Origin: Torpedo marmorata
Lineage: Eukaryota
Reading direction: 5' to 3'
DNA length: 64,000 nt
Assembly: GCA_977017645.1 (NCBI GenBank)
Contig: OZ360243.1
Span: 69,130,001-69,194,000 of the forward strand
The translations under genes were made by a program, and so were the position numbers. Positions 34,956 through 48,246 of this stretch are shown in pieces. A model generated the notes under the pieces. It ran no database searches. It was given only the letters and a program-made list of their open reading frames with translations, and was not told where the DNA came from. Position 1 is the first letter of the stretch. Each line of letters begins with the position of its first letter.

Positions 34956-35954
34956 TCCACCTTAAAAACAGTTTCAGAGACTGAGAGAAAGAGAGATGGA
35001 GTTGTGAAAGCTGGCTCCCAGTACCCGCACTACGTGGGTGTATTTAAGGGAGAGATTGATAGGTTCTTGATTAGCCAGGGTATCAAAGGTTATGGGGAGA
35101 AAGCCGGGTAGTGGAGCTGAGTGGGGAAATGGATCAGCTCATGATTGAATGGCAGGACAGATTCGATGGGCTGAATGGCCTATTTCTGCTCATATGTCTT
35201 ATGGTCTTATGGGAACTTGCTTTGCACAAACTGGCTGCTCATTTCCTACACTACAAAAGTGGCTCTTCCTCAGATGAGGATGTGAGGGTCCTGAAGAAAT
35301 GCCAGTCTTTCTCCATTCTCATACCTGTGGCCTTCGGTTGATAAGAGCCTGCACTTTTCAGACTTTAGGTCCACAGGCATTTAAATTATATTATTCGCCA
35401 AAGTTCCTCGGTGGGACACCACTGTTTTAACACGCAAGAGTTCAAAGTCTTATTTGCTCCTTTGATTGCAATCTTCAAACATTTCTCATTGCTGTGATTC
35501 CACCATTAGTGCAAAGACGTTGCTGAAATGAATCTCAGCTCTACCGAGGGAACCAGAGGTGGTGATGCACGTCAATCATTTATCTTTAAAATAAAAGACT
35601 TCAAAATCAATTTAAATCAATTGTGGACTCCATCTGCATTAGAAACAAACCTAAATAAGAGTACTGGCAGGCAATCTTTAAGGATTCAGAAAGGGCCACT
35701 AGTTCCCAGGCTGGATATTATCAATCACTGAGAGAAAAATTGCTTTTTTTGTTCCTCAAGAAATGACGTTACATATCGCCACTTCAATCAGAGCGAAGGA
35801 GATGGTTCCACCTCAGTGAAACCCTGCTGACAGCTCCCAATAAGAAGCATAACCAGCTTTTGTTGCTGTCACAGGATAAAAATAGCAGAATAGCATTATG
35901 GTTGTCACATGTTCGAATTTTGATGCTAGTCAACGCTTCACTTCAGATGAAAAA

Positions 35955-36935
35955 ATAGATCAGATTATTATTGAAGAAAGATTGCAGAACGCTGTTGTGC
36001 AGAGGGGCTTGGGAGTGCTTGTGCGTGAATCGTAAAATGTTAGTTTGCAGGTGAAGCAGGTAATCAACCGGGCGAATGGGCTGTTAGCGTTCACTGTGAA
36101 AGGGATTGAATTTCAGAGCAGGGAGGTTCTGCTGGAACTGTACAGGGTACTGGTGAGGCTGCACTTGGAGTACCGTGTACGGTTCTGGTCTCCTTACTGG
36201 AGAAAGGGTGTACTGGCTTTGGAGGTGGTCCAGGGGAGGTTCACCAGGTTGATTCCAGAGATGAGGGGGTTAGCCTATGAGGAGACATTAAGTTGCCTGG
36301 AACTAGTGGTTAGCGCAACGCTATTTCAGCGCCAACGACCCAGGTTCGAATCCAGCGCTGTCTGTAAGGAGTTTGTACGTTCTCCCCGTGTCTGCGTGGG
36401 TTTCCTCCGGGTGCTCCGGTTTCCTCCCACCCTTCAAAACGTACGGGGGTTGTAGGTTAATTGGGATATTTGGGCGGCACGGGCTCATGGGCCGGATGGG
36501 CCTGTTACCGTGCTGTATGCCTCAATTTTAAAACGCTAAAAATAAAATAATTTTTGCTGGAATTTAGAAGAATGAGATGCGATCTTATAGAAACATATAA
36601 AAATATGAAAAGAATAGATAAGACAGAAGCAGGGAGGTTGTTTCAACTGGCAGGTGAGACTAGAACTAAGAGACACAGCCTCAAGATTCGGGAGTTGATT
36701 TAAGACAGAGATGAAGAGAAGTGAACCTGTGGAATTCTCTGCCCAAGGAAGCAGTAGAGGCTGCCTGATTGAATGTATTTATAACACAGATAAATGGATT
36801 TTTGTATAGTAGGGGAATTAAGGGCTATGGGGAACAGGGGGGTAAATGGAGTTGAGTCCACGGCCAGATCAGCCACGATCTTATTGAATAGCAGAGCAGG
36901 CTCGTCGGGCCAGATGACCAACTCCTGCTCCTGTT
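35955..36935 (+). mobile_element. Degraded CR1 3' fragment interrupted by a V-SINE (36303-36530)
   Basis: ANGLLAF...LYRVLVRLHLEY; SINE core gtaaggagtttgtacgttctcccc. Confidence 0.75.
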
Positions 36936-38317
36936 TCTGAAGTTCTGACAGAGACTGGGAGGTGACGTGGAGACAAATAGGGATGCAGATCCTGGTGTAA
37001 AGAAGTGATGAGTGGGACAAGATAAGGGGGGGCGATGCGCAGGTGGAACCAGTGGGGAAGGGGAAAGAAGCTGGGAGACAGGGGGCTGGGGGTAGGGGGG
37101 TGTGGGATGGAAAGAAGGGGGTGTGACAGAACCTGAGTGGAACAGAAGGAGAGAGAAAGGAACACAGGGGATGCAGGTTTAAAACATTGGGCTGTAATGT
37201 TAACTATTGGAGCCCATCCCGCAGCACTCTAAGGGCTAAACATCGATTTCAATAGCCAATGGACATCTATAGCCACAGACCAGGGAGTCTGAGACCAAGG
37301 CAGAGACGAAGAAGTAGAGACTGTGTTTCAGGAGTGAAGTTCAGACACCTTTCTACGTTCAAAGGGTGGGAAAAATTTGGAATTTTGGCAGAGATAATAG
37401 AAAAAAGACTCAAGGGTCTGAATAGTCTTCACCTATTCCTGTGGTGAATACTTCCTTTGTACTTTTAAATCAGCTGTAAAACCAATGGCTTTGACCAGAT
37501 GCAGAGAGGTTTAAAACGCACCAAGGTGTGGAAGTGATGGAAATTCTCACCTTCGGAAAAGGAGCCAAGGGGGAAAACATAGGTTGACTCTAGCTGAAGG
37601 AAAAGTCCCAGCTCTTGTGTTACACCAAGTTTCATCAGGGACAAAAATAATCTCAGCCTCACGAGAGTTGGTATCCCTTTGTTAACAGTTCATTTTCCAC
37701 AGTCAGCTCTTTGGATGAGATTATCCGGTAAAAGCTAGTCTGCGATCCACTGGGAACTGGGAAGGCAGTGGCCAAACAGATTTCACTTTGGATCATTGGC
37801 AGAGACTTTTATCTCATTAGTCTGGGATGGATCGGAGATTCCAATGGGAAAAGGAGGCAGCTCTACATTGCAGTCTCGACAAACTCCATTACAGGAAGCA
37901 GTGCGGAGAAATGTCTCCACATTCCATCCTTGTTTCTCAGGGGCACTGGGATTTGTTAAAAAATTTATTACATCCTTTCGATCAATAAATATTTTATTCT
38001 ATATTCTTGTTTGTGCTTTGCCCTTTTCCCCTTTGAAGCCGGAGACACACAAGAGGCTGCAGACGCTGTGATCTGCAGTGGAAAAACAATCTGCTGGAGG
38101 AACTCAGCGGATCGAACAGCATCTGTGGGGAAAAAGAATGATCGATCTTTCGGGTAGGGACCCTGCGTTAAGACTTAAAACATAGGGGGGTCACATGATG
38201 TGCTGAGGCAGTAGGATTCGAAATCCCGAGCGTCCCAGAGAAAGGAAGAAAAAGAAGGAAAAAAAAAAGGAAAAAAAACAACATTCAGCAAAAAGAACAG
38301 AAACAAAGAACTAGAAG

Positions 38318-39552
38318 ATGCCGAGAAGAAAAGACAAACCGGTAGATTCGGCCCCCGAGGTCCGTGGTGCTGGAGACGCTGGTCGGGAGCAAAGGCCTAC
38401 CCTGAAGAAAACACCAGGGCCAGAGGTGCGGTACGGCGCCCACGGGGAGGCTTCGCTTGGCGGGCTGGGCGGCGGCGTGCCCTTGGGAAAACGGAGAGGC
38501 GCTGCGGAGGAGCTGAACGCGGGTCGGGACGCCACCCGCGATTCAGCTGTTGAGAGCTCGGAAGGCACTGTGCGGGCAGAGGGGAGGCGTGACTCCGACC
38601 CGAGTGGAGGGAGCGGCGACGTTAGGAGCAGCGGTGGAGGCCAGGAGTACTACACCAGCGCTGATGAAGAGGAGACCACGGGGGCTGGTAAAGAAAAGAA
38701 AATATTTAAAAACAAATCTTCTAGTTTTACCAATGATGATATAATGAAATTTTTGCAAAAGAATGAGAAGACAATGAACAAAAAATTTGAAAGTTTAATG
38801 TTAGAAATGAGTAAAGTAAGAAAAGATATTAGAAATTTAAATGAAAAAGAGTAAAGGATGAGGAGGAAAAAATGGTGGACACAATGGACAGAGTGGAAAA
38901 GATGGAGGATGAAATAACAGGATGGAGTACAGAAAGGAAAAGAATCTGGGAACAACTGGACACCCTAGAAAATTTTAGCAGAAGAAATAATATAAAAATA
39001 GTCGGACTAAGAGAAGGGGTAGAAGGTACAAACCCCGTGCTTTTCCTTCAGAAATGGATTCCACAGGTTCTGGGTAAGGAAAATAGAGAGGAAACAATTG
39101 AAATTGAAAGAGTGCATAGAACACTTATGCCACGCCCTGGATTGGACCAAAGACCCCGCTCTATCCTGGTGAAATGTTTAAGATACCAGGATAGGGAAAA
39201 GATATTAAGAACAGCTGCGATAGGAGCAAAAACAAGAGGGGGTCCATTGGAAATGGACGGTGAGAAGATACTTTTTTACCCAGACATAAGCGCTGCATTA
39301 CTACAACGCAGACGTGAATTTGACCCTGTGAAGCATATCCTCCGACAAAAAGGATGCAACTTTATTTTGCGACACCCAGCGACTTTGAAAATAATTCTGC
39401 CGGGTGGAGAGAAGAAATTATTTTCGGACATTAAGAAAGCCAAGGAATTCGTAAAAAATCTGCCAGATATAACACAGAAAAAAAAGGGGAAATGGTTTTC
39501 TCCTGAAACTGTAATAAGTTTTTTGTTCTATTATATCTTTTTCCTTCTGTAA
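38318..39552 (+). pseudogene. L1 ORF1 (Transposase_22-like), broken near 38854
   Basis: LENFSRRNNIKIVGLREG, IERVHR, PRSILVK and FYPDIS motifs. Confidence 0.85.
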
Positions 39553-39918
39553 ATACATATATATGGAAAAAAAACCATTATTAGTGAATATGCTGGGAGG
39601 GCTGGGGAGGACGGAGGTTGTTTCCTTCAGCACAAACACGTGTGAATGGGTGTGTTAGACCCGACCTCTACGGTCGAGGGAGGTGGTTTCACTTCCTTTT
39701 TGTACACCAGTTTTGTTAAAGGGAGAAGTTCTCCATTATCTATATTTACAACTTTTCTACTTCCTATCTTTCTGTCTTGGTTTACCTCAAAACCGACACG
39801 TTGGGAGCTGGTCGTCTTACTCCAAAGGGCAAGAAATGATGGATTCTTGAGGAGTGAATATGGGGAGAGGGGGTGGGGGGGGGGGAATAAAATATACTAT
39901 CTGGAAGGGACGTTCGAT

Positions 39919-42900
39919 GTGAATAGTAACACAGTAAGATATATCAGTTTTAATGTCAATGGTTTAAATGGACCTGTGAAAAGGAAAAGAGTCCTGGCAT
40001 ATATCAAAAAGATAGGAGTGGACCTGGCCTTCCTTCAAGAAACTCACTTAACAGAAAAAGAACACCAAAAATTGAAGAGAGGATGGGTGGGCCAGGTCAT
40101 AGCATCTTCATTTAATTCAAAAGCAAGGGGAGTAGCAATTTTAATAGGGAAAAATGTTCCAATTAAAGTGCAAGACGTAATTGCAGACCCTTCAGGTAGG
40201 TATATAATGGTTCACTGTCAGATATATTCAGAGCCCTGGACCCTGATGAATTTGTATGCTCCCAACAAGGATGATGAGAAATTTATACATGAAACATTTT
40301 TGAAATTGGCTGATGCACAGCAAAATATTATAGTGGGTGGAGACTTCAATTTTTGTCTGGATCCGGTTCTAGATAAGTCAGGAAGAACAATCACAAGGAC
40401 GAAAGCAGCTAAAGCTACTTTGCAGTTAATGAAGAAGCTGAATTTAATGGACGCCTGGAGAAGACTCCATCCAAGGGAAAGGGACTACTCTTTTTATTCA
40501 TGCAGACATGATTCATACTCCAGGATAGATTTATTTTTGATATCGGTTCAATTACAGAGTAGAATTGTGGCAGCTGAACATAAAGCAAGACTACTATCGG
40601 AGCACTCACCTCTGATATTAAAAATCATAATGCCAGATAAACAAAAGATGGTGTATAGATGGAGATTAAATTCAGGGCTGTTGAGAAGACAGGAGTTTTG
40701 TAATTTTATTAGAAAAGAAATTACAACGTTCTGTGAGACCAACTGTACTTCTACTACCGATAAATTTATTATTTGGGATACTTTAAAAGCATATTTGCGA
40801 GGACAAATAATCAGTTACACTACAAAGATTAAAAAGGTATATACAAGGGAGGTGGATGAATTAGAACACGAGAAATCTCATTTGGGAAAAGACCTTCAAA
40901 AGTCAGGCTCGGAGGAAAAACGTAGAAAATTAATTAATAAAAAGCTCAAGTATAATACATTACAAACATATAAAATGGAGAAAATGATAACCAGAACTAG
41001 ACAAAAATACTATGAGCTGGGGGAAAGAGCCCAAAAGGTCTTAGCATGGAGGTTGAAAACAGAACAGGTCTCAAGAACGATTAATGCGATCAAAATGGAA
41101 ACAGACAGGATTTCCTATAAACCACAGGATATTAATGAGGCCTTTAAACAATTTTACACTAGACTATATGAATCAGAATCTCAAAGGAATATTAATAAAA
41201 TAGAAGGATTCCTGTCACAATTGGATCTTCCAAATCTAGATTTAGAAGAACGGAGGGAGCTCAATGCCCCCTTTACCCAAGTAGAGATAGAGGGGGCACT
41301 GGATTCATTGCAAATTAATAAATCTCCGGGGGAAGATGGATTTCCACATGAATTTTACAAAGAATTTAAAGATCTTTTGATACCACTACTTATGGAGGTG
41401 TTGGATCAAGCGGTCGAGACACATACCCTCCCGGAATCATTTCTCAACAGCAATAATTACAGTGATACCCAAAAAAGATAGGGATCCATTAAAGCCGTCT
41501 TCTTATAGACCTATTTCATTATTAAATTCAGACTATAAGATCATTGCAAAAGCTTTGGCAAACAGACTGGCAGTTTTTTTGCCAAAATTGATAAATATGG
41601 ACCAAACAGGCTTTATACGAAAAAGACAAATAGTAGATAATGTAAGCACATTGCTTAGTATAATACATCTGGCACAATCAAGAGGGGATCAAGGTGTCGC
41701 TGTGGCCCTGGATGCAGAAAAAGCTTTTGATAGAGTGGAGTGGGATTTTTTTATTTAAAGTGCTGGAACGATTTGGACTTGGACAGAATTTTATAAACTG
41801 GATTAAGGCTTTATATAAGCCCCAAGCTAGAGTTGTGACCAATGGACAAATTTCCTCAGCATTCCCACTATCCAGATCTACCAGGCAAGACTGTCCACTG
41901 TCTCCAGCTCTTTTTATTTTGGTTATAGAACCGTTAGCAGAAGCTATTCGTCAAGATCCAGACATTAAGGGATTCAGGATTAACTAGGAAGAGCACAAAA
42001 TTAACTTATTTGCGGATGATGTACTGATATACCTGACAGAACCAGCAGTTTCATTAGAAAAATTGCACTTAAAATTGGAAGATTATGGGAAAATTTCCAG
42101 TTATAAGATAAATTGGGACAAAAGTGAAATTATGCCACTTACGGGTGGAGATTATACTCAATATCAAAGGAGCACAAGTTTTAAGTGGCCGGCAAATGGG
42201 ATAAAATATTTAGGTATTAAAACAAATAACAACTTACAAGATTTGTATAAGTTAAATTACCGGTACCTCCCCTTGCTTAGAAAAGCTGAAGAGGATCTTA
42301 ACAGATGGACGGCACTGCCAATAACACTTATTGGCAGGGTCAATTGTATAAAAATGAATATACTGCCACGGATCCAATATCTTTTCCAAACACTACCTAT
42401 AACATTGCCTCGAGGGTTCTTTCAAGAATTAAATAAATATATCAGGAAGTTCATTTGGAGAGGTAAGGTAGCCAGAGTCTCCACGGAAAAATTAACATGG
42501 AGATATGAACTGGGAGGTTTACAACTCCCAGATTTCAAAAAACATTATTGGGCAGCCCAAATAAAATTTGTCACCTCCTTCTTTGAAGGGGGAGACAAGC
42601 CTTCCTGGGTAAAGATGGAACTGCATAAGGTGGGAGAGAGGATAGCAGAAGACTTTATATACAAATGGGATAAAAAATTAATATCCGGTGTGAAAGAAAC
42701 CCCCCTGTTGAAACACATAATTGATACCTGGTATAAAATAAATGATCAAATTGGGAATAAGGGGAGGTTATCTCCAAAAACGCCCCTGGCTCAAAATAGG
42801 TGTATACCTTTTACAATGGATAATAAGATCCTGGACGCCTGGTCCCGGAAAGGGATCAGATGTGTCGAGGATTGCTATGAGCAGGGACAACTTATGTCAT

Positions 42901-45212
42901 TTGAACAATTAAAAAATAAGTATGGTATTATGAATAATACACTCTTCTGCTATTTCCAGCTGAGATCTTACTTAAGGGATAAATTGGGCCCATCAATGAT
43001 CCTACCGGAATGCAGTGGAGACTTTGATTCGAAAGGGGATCACAAAGAAGTTTATTTCAGCAGCCTATCTTTTACTACAAAAAGGAACCCCTAAACAGGG
43101 GCTACATAGATCTAGACAGAGATGGGAGTCAGACTTGGATATAATAATTAATGAACAAAACTGGTCTGACTTATGTCGGGACAGTATGAAAAACACAATA
43201 AATGTGAGATACAGACTGATACAATATAATTCTTTGCACCAGTTGTATCTCACGCCGCAAAAATTGAATAAATTTAAATCAGAAATATCAGATAAATGTT
43301 TTAGATGCGGCAAAGAAATAGGAACGTTTTTACATTTAACCTGGTCATGCCCAAAGTAAAACCTTTCTGGACGGACTTAGGGAAACTCTTAGAACAAATT
43401 ACAGAAATTCAATTCCCACAACGCCCAGAATTATTTCTATTGGGCAATATCTCTGGCGTAAGACCTAAGATGAGGCTGTCAAAATTTCAAATAAAATTTG
43501 TGGAGATCGCATTGGCGGTGGCCAGGAAATGTATAGCGGTCACATGGAAGTCTGATTCCCATCTAGGTATGACAAGATGGAATGAGGAAATGTACAGTTA
43601 TGTTCCCCTTGAGAAGATTACCTATAATCTTCAAGTCAAGTCAAGTCACCTTTATTTGTCGTTCATTACCATATACACAGTAAGACGAGGTAGCGTTTCT
43701 CCAGGACCATGGGCAGATGTACATAAATATCATAATACAATAAAAAAACTATAACATGCTAATACACGTATATATCTAGGAATTGAGGAGCCTGATGGCT
43801 TGGGGGAAAAAACTGTTGCACAGTCTGGACGTACGAGCCCGAGTGCTTTGGTACCTCCTTCCAGATGGCAAAAGGGAAAAATGTTTACCAAAGGGGTGTG
43901 AGAAGTCCTTCACAATGTTTTTAGCCTTCCTCATGCATCGTGTGTTGTAGATGTCCGTCATGGTGGGGAGAGAGACACCAATAATTTTCTCCGCTGACTC
44001 CACTATCCTCTGCAGGGTCTTTCGGTCCGAGATGGTACAGTTTCCAAACCAAGCGGTGGTGCAAGTGCTCAGAATACTCTCAATACATCCCCTGTAGAAT
44101 GTAGTAAGGATAGGGGGTGGAAGATGGACTTTCCTCAGCCTTCGCAGGAAGTAAAGATGCTGCTGGGTTTTCTTGACTATGGAACTGGTGTTGAGGGACC
44201 AGCTGAGACTCTCCGCCAAGTGCACTTCAAGAAACTTGGTACTCTTTATGACCTCAACGGTAGAGCCATCCATGTTCAAAGGAGAATGATCCCCCCGGGC
44301 CCTTCTGAAGTCGACAACCAACTCTTTTGTTTTGTTTACATTCAGATGCAGGTTGTTGGCTCCGCACGATTCCATTAGCGACTGCACCTCATCTCTGTAT
44401 GCTGACTCATCGTTCTTACTGATAAGGCCCACCACGGTCGTATCATCAGCGAACTTGATGATGTGATTCGAGCTGTGTTTTGCTGCATAGTCATGAGTCA
44501 GCAGGGTGAACAGCAATGGACTAAGCACACAGCCCTGGGGAACCCCCGTGCTCAATGTAATGACCTTAGAAGTGCTGTTTCCAATCCGGACTGCCTGAGG
44601 TCGTCCCGTTAGGAAGTCTAAGACCCAATTACAGAGGGTGTAGTTTAGGCCCAGCCCGCTCAACATCCCTATCAGGTACTGAGGTATGATCGTGTTGAAT
44701 GCCGAGCTGAAGTCAATAAACAGCATTCGAACATACGCGTCCTTATTTTTCAGGTGGGTGAGGGCTAGGTGGAGGGTGGTAATGATGGCATCATCCGTGG
44801 AGCGGTTTGATCTATATGCGAATTGCAGGGGGTCCAGTGAGGGGGGCAGCAGAAGCTTGATGTGCCCCATGATGAGCCTCTCGAAGCACTTCATGACGGT
44901 AGATGTGAGTGCGACAGGGCAGTAGTCATTGAGGCAGGACACCATCGACTTCTTCAGCACGGGGATGATGGTGGCGGCTTTGAAGCACGTTGGAACCACG
45001 GTGCTGCTCAGGGAGATGTTAAAGATGTCGGTGAGAACATCAGCCAGCTGGGCCGCACATCCCCTGAGCACTCTGCCGGGAATGTTATCTGGACCAGCAG
45101 CTTTCCGTGGGTTAACCTTGCTTAACACTCTCCTCACAAAAATAGAAATAGATATGATATATTTTTAAAGATTTGGACTCCATATTTACAACACATGGCT
45201 GTAAATCTATAA
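39919..45212 (+). pseudogene. L1 ORF2 (APE-RT-CCHC), frameshifted and interrupted at 43632-45143
   Basis: SFNVNGL, FLQETH, GGDFN, SRID, KSPGEDG, LDAEKAFDRVEW, LFADD and CFRC...HLTWSC. PLEKITYNL|[11 protein letters not shown] rejoins across the insert. Confidence 0.9.
43632..45143 (-). mobile_element. Rex1/Babar LINE, 5'-truncated; open RT-to-stop ORF at 43776-45137 (453 aa)
   Basis: [32 protein letters not shown] and KFADD. (ACTTG)n tail at 43632-43647. No TSD. Confidence 0.92.
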
Positions 45213-45525
45213 CCAGGCCCCCCCTTGCCCCCAGGACCTATGTCCATTTCCTCTTCAAAAATCCGAGTATGCCAAGTAATTTAAGCCTGCGGGGTGGACG
45301 ACGAGCCTCCAACGTCTTCTTTCCTTTTCTATTTGAACCTTTTCTTATTCTATTCCTCTTTTTTTTTCTTTTAGGGGGGAATTGGGTGGGTGGGTTTTTC
45401 TTTGTAATTTTGTTGTTTTTTAGTGCAATAGTCAACAGACGAATATTATATTTGATGATGTATTATTTTTGTTATTTTGATAATATGTTTGGCTTTAAAA
45501 AATACAAATAAAATATTCAAAAAAA

Positions 45526-45770
45526 CAGAACATTACACCACAGTCCAGGCCCTTCGGCCCACGATGTTGTGCCGACCTATATATACCTAAAAAAAAAACT
45601 AAACCCTCCCTACCTCATAACCCTCTATTTTTCTTTCATCCATGTGTCTGTCTAAGAGTCTCTTAAATACCCCTAATGTTCCAGCCTCCACCACCATCCC
45701 CTGGCAAGGCATTCCAGGCACCCACAACTCTGTGTAAAAAACTTACCCATGATGTCTCCCCTTCACCTTG
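45526..45770 (-). mobile_element. CR1 3' UTR fragment
   Basis: Closely similar to 8690-8940. Confidence 0.8.
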
Positions 45771-45855
45771 GGTGTGTCCAATACTCCCTGAAATTGAAAA
45801 GGCATTTGGTATCCTTGCCTTCATAGGTTGAGGCAGGGAGTATAATAGTTGGGAG

Positions 45856-46866
45856 TGAAAAACACAAATGCTGGAGAAACTCAGCAGGTCAAACAGTGTC
45901 TTTTATGTAGCAAAGGTAGAAATACATAACCGACGTTTCGGGCTTGAGCCCTTCATCAAAGTATGAGAAAATGCCGGCAGGCGTCCGAACAAAAGAGTGA
46001 GGGGGGAGAGCGGGGAGGAAGAGGGGTGGCAAAGGCAGGAGATGATAGGTGGAGAAAGGAGGGAGGGGACAGCAGCAAAGAGGGGGAGGAGGGATGGCTG
46101 GGTGGGTGTAAAAAAAACAGGAAGGACAGGTGAGGGGGGAGGGGAAGGAAACGACAAGCAGGTTTAGTGGAAAGCAGAAAAGTCAATGTTAATGCCATCT
46201 GGCTGGAGAGTGTCCAGACGGAAAATGAGATGTTGTTCCTCCAATTTGCGGGTGGTCTGGGTGGGATAGTACATAAGGCATGTGAGTGTGGGAGTGTGAC
46301 TCGGAATTGAAATGGTTGGCTACTGGGAGGTCGCTGTTGTTGCGGATGGAGAGGAGGTGCTCAGCAAAGCGATCTCCCAATCTATGACCTGTCTCTCCGA
46401 TGTAGAGAAAGCCACAAAGGGAGCACTGGATGCAGTAAATAAGTTCTCTGGATGTACAAGTGAAGTGTAGTTTCACTTGGAAGGCCTGTTTGGGGCCCCG
46501 GACCGTGGTGAGGGGGGAGGTGTGGGCGCAGGTGTTGCACCTCTTGCGGGCACAGGGGAAGGTGCCGGGGGTGCGATGGGTGGGGAGGGATGAGTGGACG
46601 AGTGAATCGCGGAGGGAGCGGTCCCTTCGGAAGGCCGAGAGGGGAGGAGAAGGAAAAATGTGTCTGGTGGTGGGATCCTGTAGTAAGTGCCGGAAATTCC
46701 GGCGGATAATGTGTTGGATGCAGAGGCTGGTGGGGTAGTAGGTGAGGATGATGGGGATTCTATGTTTGTTGCGTCTGGGGGCAGAGGGGGCCAGGGCAGA
46801 TGAGCGGGAAGTGGAGGAGATGCGGGTGAGGGCTGAGTTGATGGTGGTGGAGGGGAAGCCACATTT
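45856..46866 (-). mobile_element. Penelope-like element 3' part (GIY-YIG domain, 3' UTR, pLTR with hammerhead) inserted in a CR1
   Basis: FTCTSRELIYCIQCSLCGFLYIGETGHRLGDRFAEH...LEEQHLI. TSD gttgggag at 45848-45855 and 46867-46874. Confidence 0.9.
45932..45959 (-). ncRNA. Minimal type I hammerhead ribozyme-like core (UUGAUGA-A-GGGC-UCAA-GCCC-GAAA-C-GUC)
   Basis: Core, stem II and GAAAC-GUC read directly. Identical cores at 49409-49436 (-) and 48142-48169 (+). Activity is untested. Confidence 0.75.
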
Positions 46867-47180
46867 GTTGGGAGGTCATGTTGTAGCTGTACAAACCACT
46901 GGTTGGACCACACTTGGAATACTATGCCCAGATCTGGTCACCACACTACAGGAAGGATGTGGTAGCAATAGAGAGAGTGCAGAGGAGATTTGCCAGGGTA
47001 TTGCCGGGAATGGAGGGCTGTGGTTACAAGGAGAGATTGGACAGGCTGGTTTCATTCCCACTGGAATGCAGGAGGCTGAGGGGTGACATTATTGAGGTTT
47101 ATAAAACCAAGAGGGGCATAGGTAGGATAGAGAGTTGGCATCTTTTCCACAGGGCATGGGAGGCTCGAGGTTTGGTTAGA

Positions 47181-47430
47181 TTTAGATTTAAATTTAAACA
47201 TACAGCACGGTAATAGGCCCTTCCGGCCCACAAGCCCGTGGCGCCCAATTACACCCAATTAACCTACACCTCCCATACATTTTGAACGGTGGGAGGAAAC
47301 CGGAGCCCGCTGGGAAAACCCACACAAAGGGAGAACGTACAAACTCCTTACAGACAGCGCGGGATTTGAACCCCGGTCCCGATCGCTGGCGCTGTAATAG
47401 TGTTGCGCTAACCGCTATGCCAACTGTGCC
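47181..47430 (-). mobile_element. V-SINE/HE1-like SINE inserted in a CR1 fragment (46875-47690)
   Basis: Full tRNA head and (TTTAAA) tail, with a gttaga duplication. Confidence 0.85.
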
Positions 47431-48136
47431 GTTAGAGGGGAGAAATGTAAAGGAGATCCGAAGGGTACGTTTTTCACAGAGAGGGTGGTGTATATATGGA
47501 ATGAGCTGCCAGAGGAGGCGGATACAATTGCAGTGGGTAAAGGGCATTTGGACAAGTACTCGGGTAGGAAATGAATAGAGGGACAAAGGCATAATGCAGG
47601 CAAACAGGATTGGAGGACAGAGATGTCATGGGCAGCATAGAATTGATTGGCTGAAAGGCCTTATTTCAATGCCGTACCATTCTAAGTACTGTCTCCACCA
47701 CAATTCAGCGGCTGATTTGTGCACATCATGGTGATAACTCTGTGCTGGTTTATTTCAGATAAACAGACGCTGGCCAAGGCACTAGGGGGAGAAGTAGCCT
47801 GCTCTCCTTCACTGCAAGGTAGTGTGATCTCTCCATCCGTCTAAGGGAGCAGACGGAGCCCTGTGAAAACGGTCACAGCGCCGGCAACACCACATTGCAC
47901 TGCTGCCTTGGCCCAGATTCCAGGGCCCAGCTGGTCGAGGCAGGGCTCAAACTCCCAACATTCTGGCTCAGGAGCGTGACCCATGCAGCCGTGCTTCGGG
48001 CGATCAGGGCTGAGAACTGATCAGGAGCAGGAGCTGGAACACTCCTAAAGGTGGGAACCCCAGGCAGTGAACGTTTGGTGGCCATGATGCTGATAACTAC
48101 ATCCACCACACCATAGTCATGGTTCTACAGCAAGGC

Positions 48137-48246
48137 CTACGTTGATGAAGGGCTCAAGCCCGAAACGTCGCTTATGTATTCCTACCTTTGCTACATAAAA
48201 GACACTGTTTGACCTGCTGAGTTTCTCCAGCATTTGTGTTTTTTAC
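48137..48246 (+). mobile_element. 110-bp solo PLE terminal fragment with hammerhead core and 14-bp TSD
   Basis: TSD ttctacagcaaggc at 48123-48136 and 48247-48260. Confidence 0.88.

Larger units (their letters stand above)
38185..45525 (+). mobile_element. Full-length, decayed L1-clade LINE (~5.8 kb without the nested Rex1)
   Basis: 5' ggggggtcacatgatg, ORF1, ORF2, 3' UTR, AATAAAATATT plus A-tail. Tentative TSD aaaacata / aaaacaga. Confidence 0.9.
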
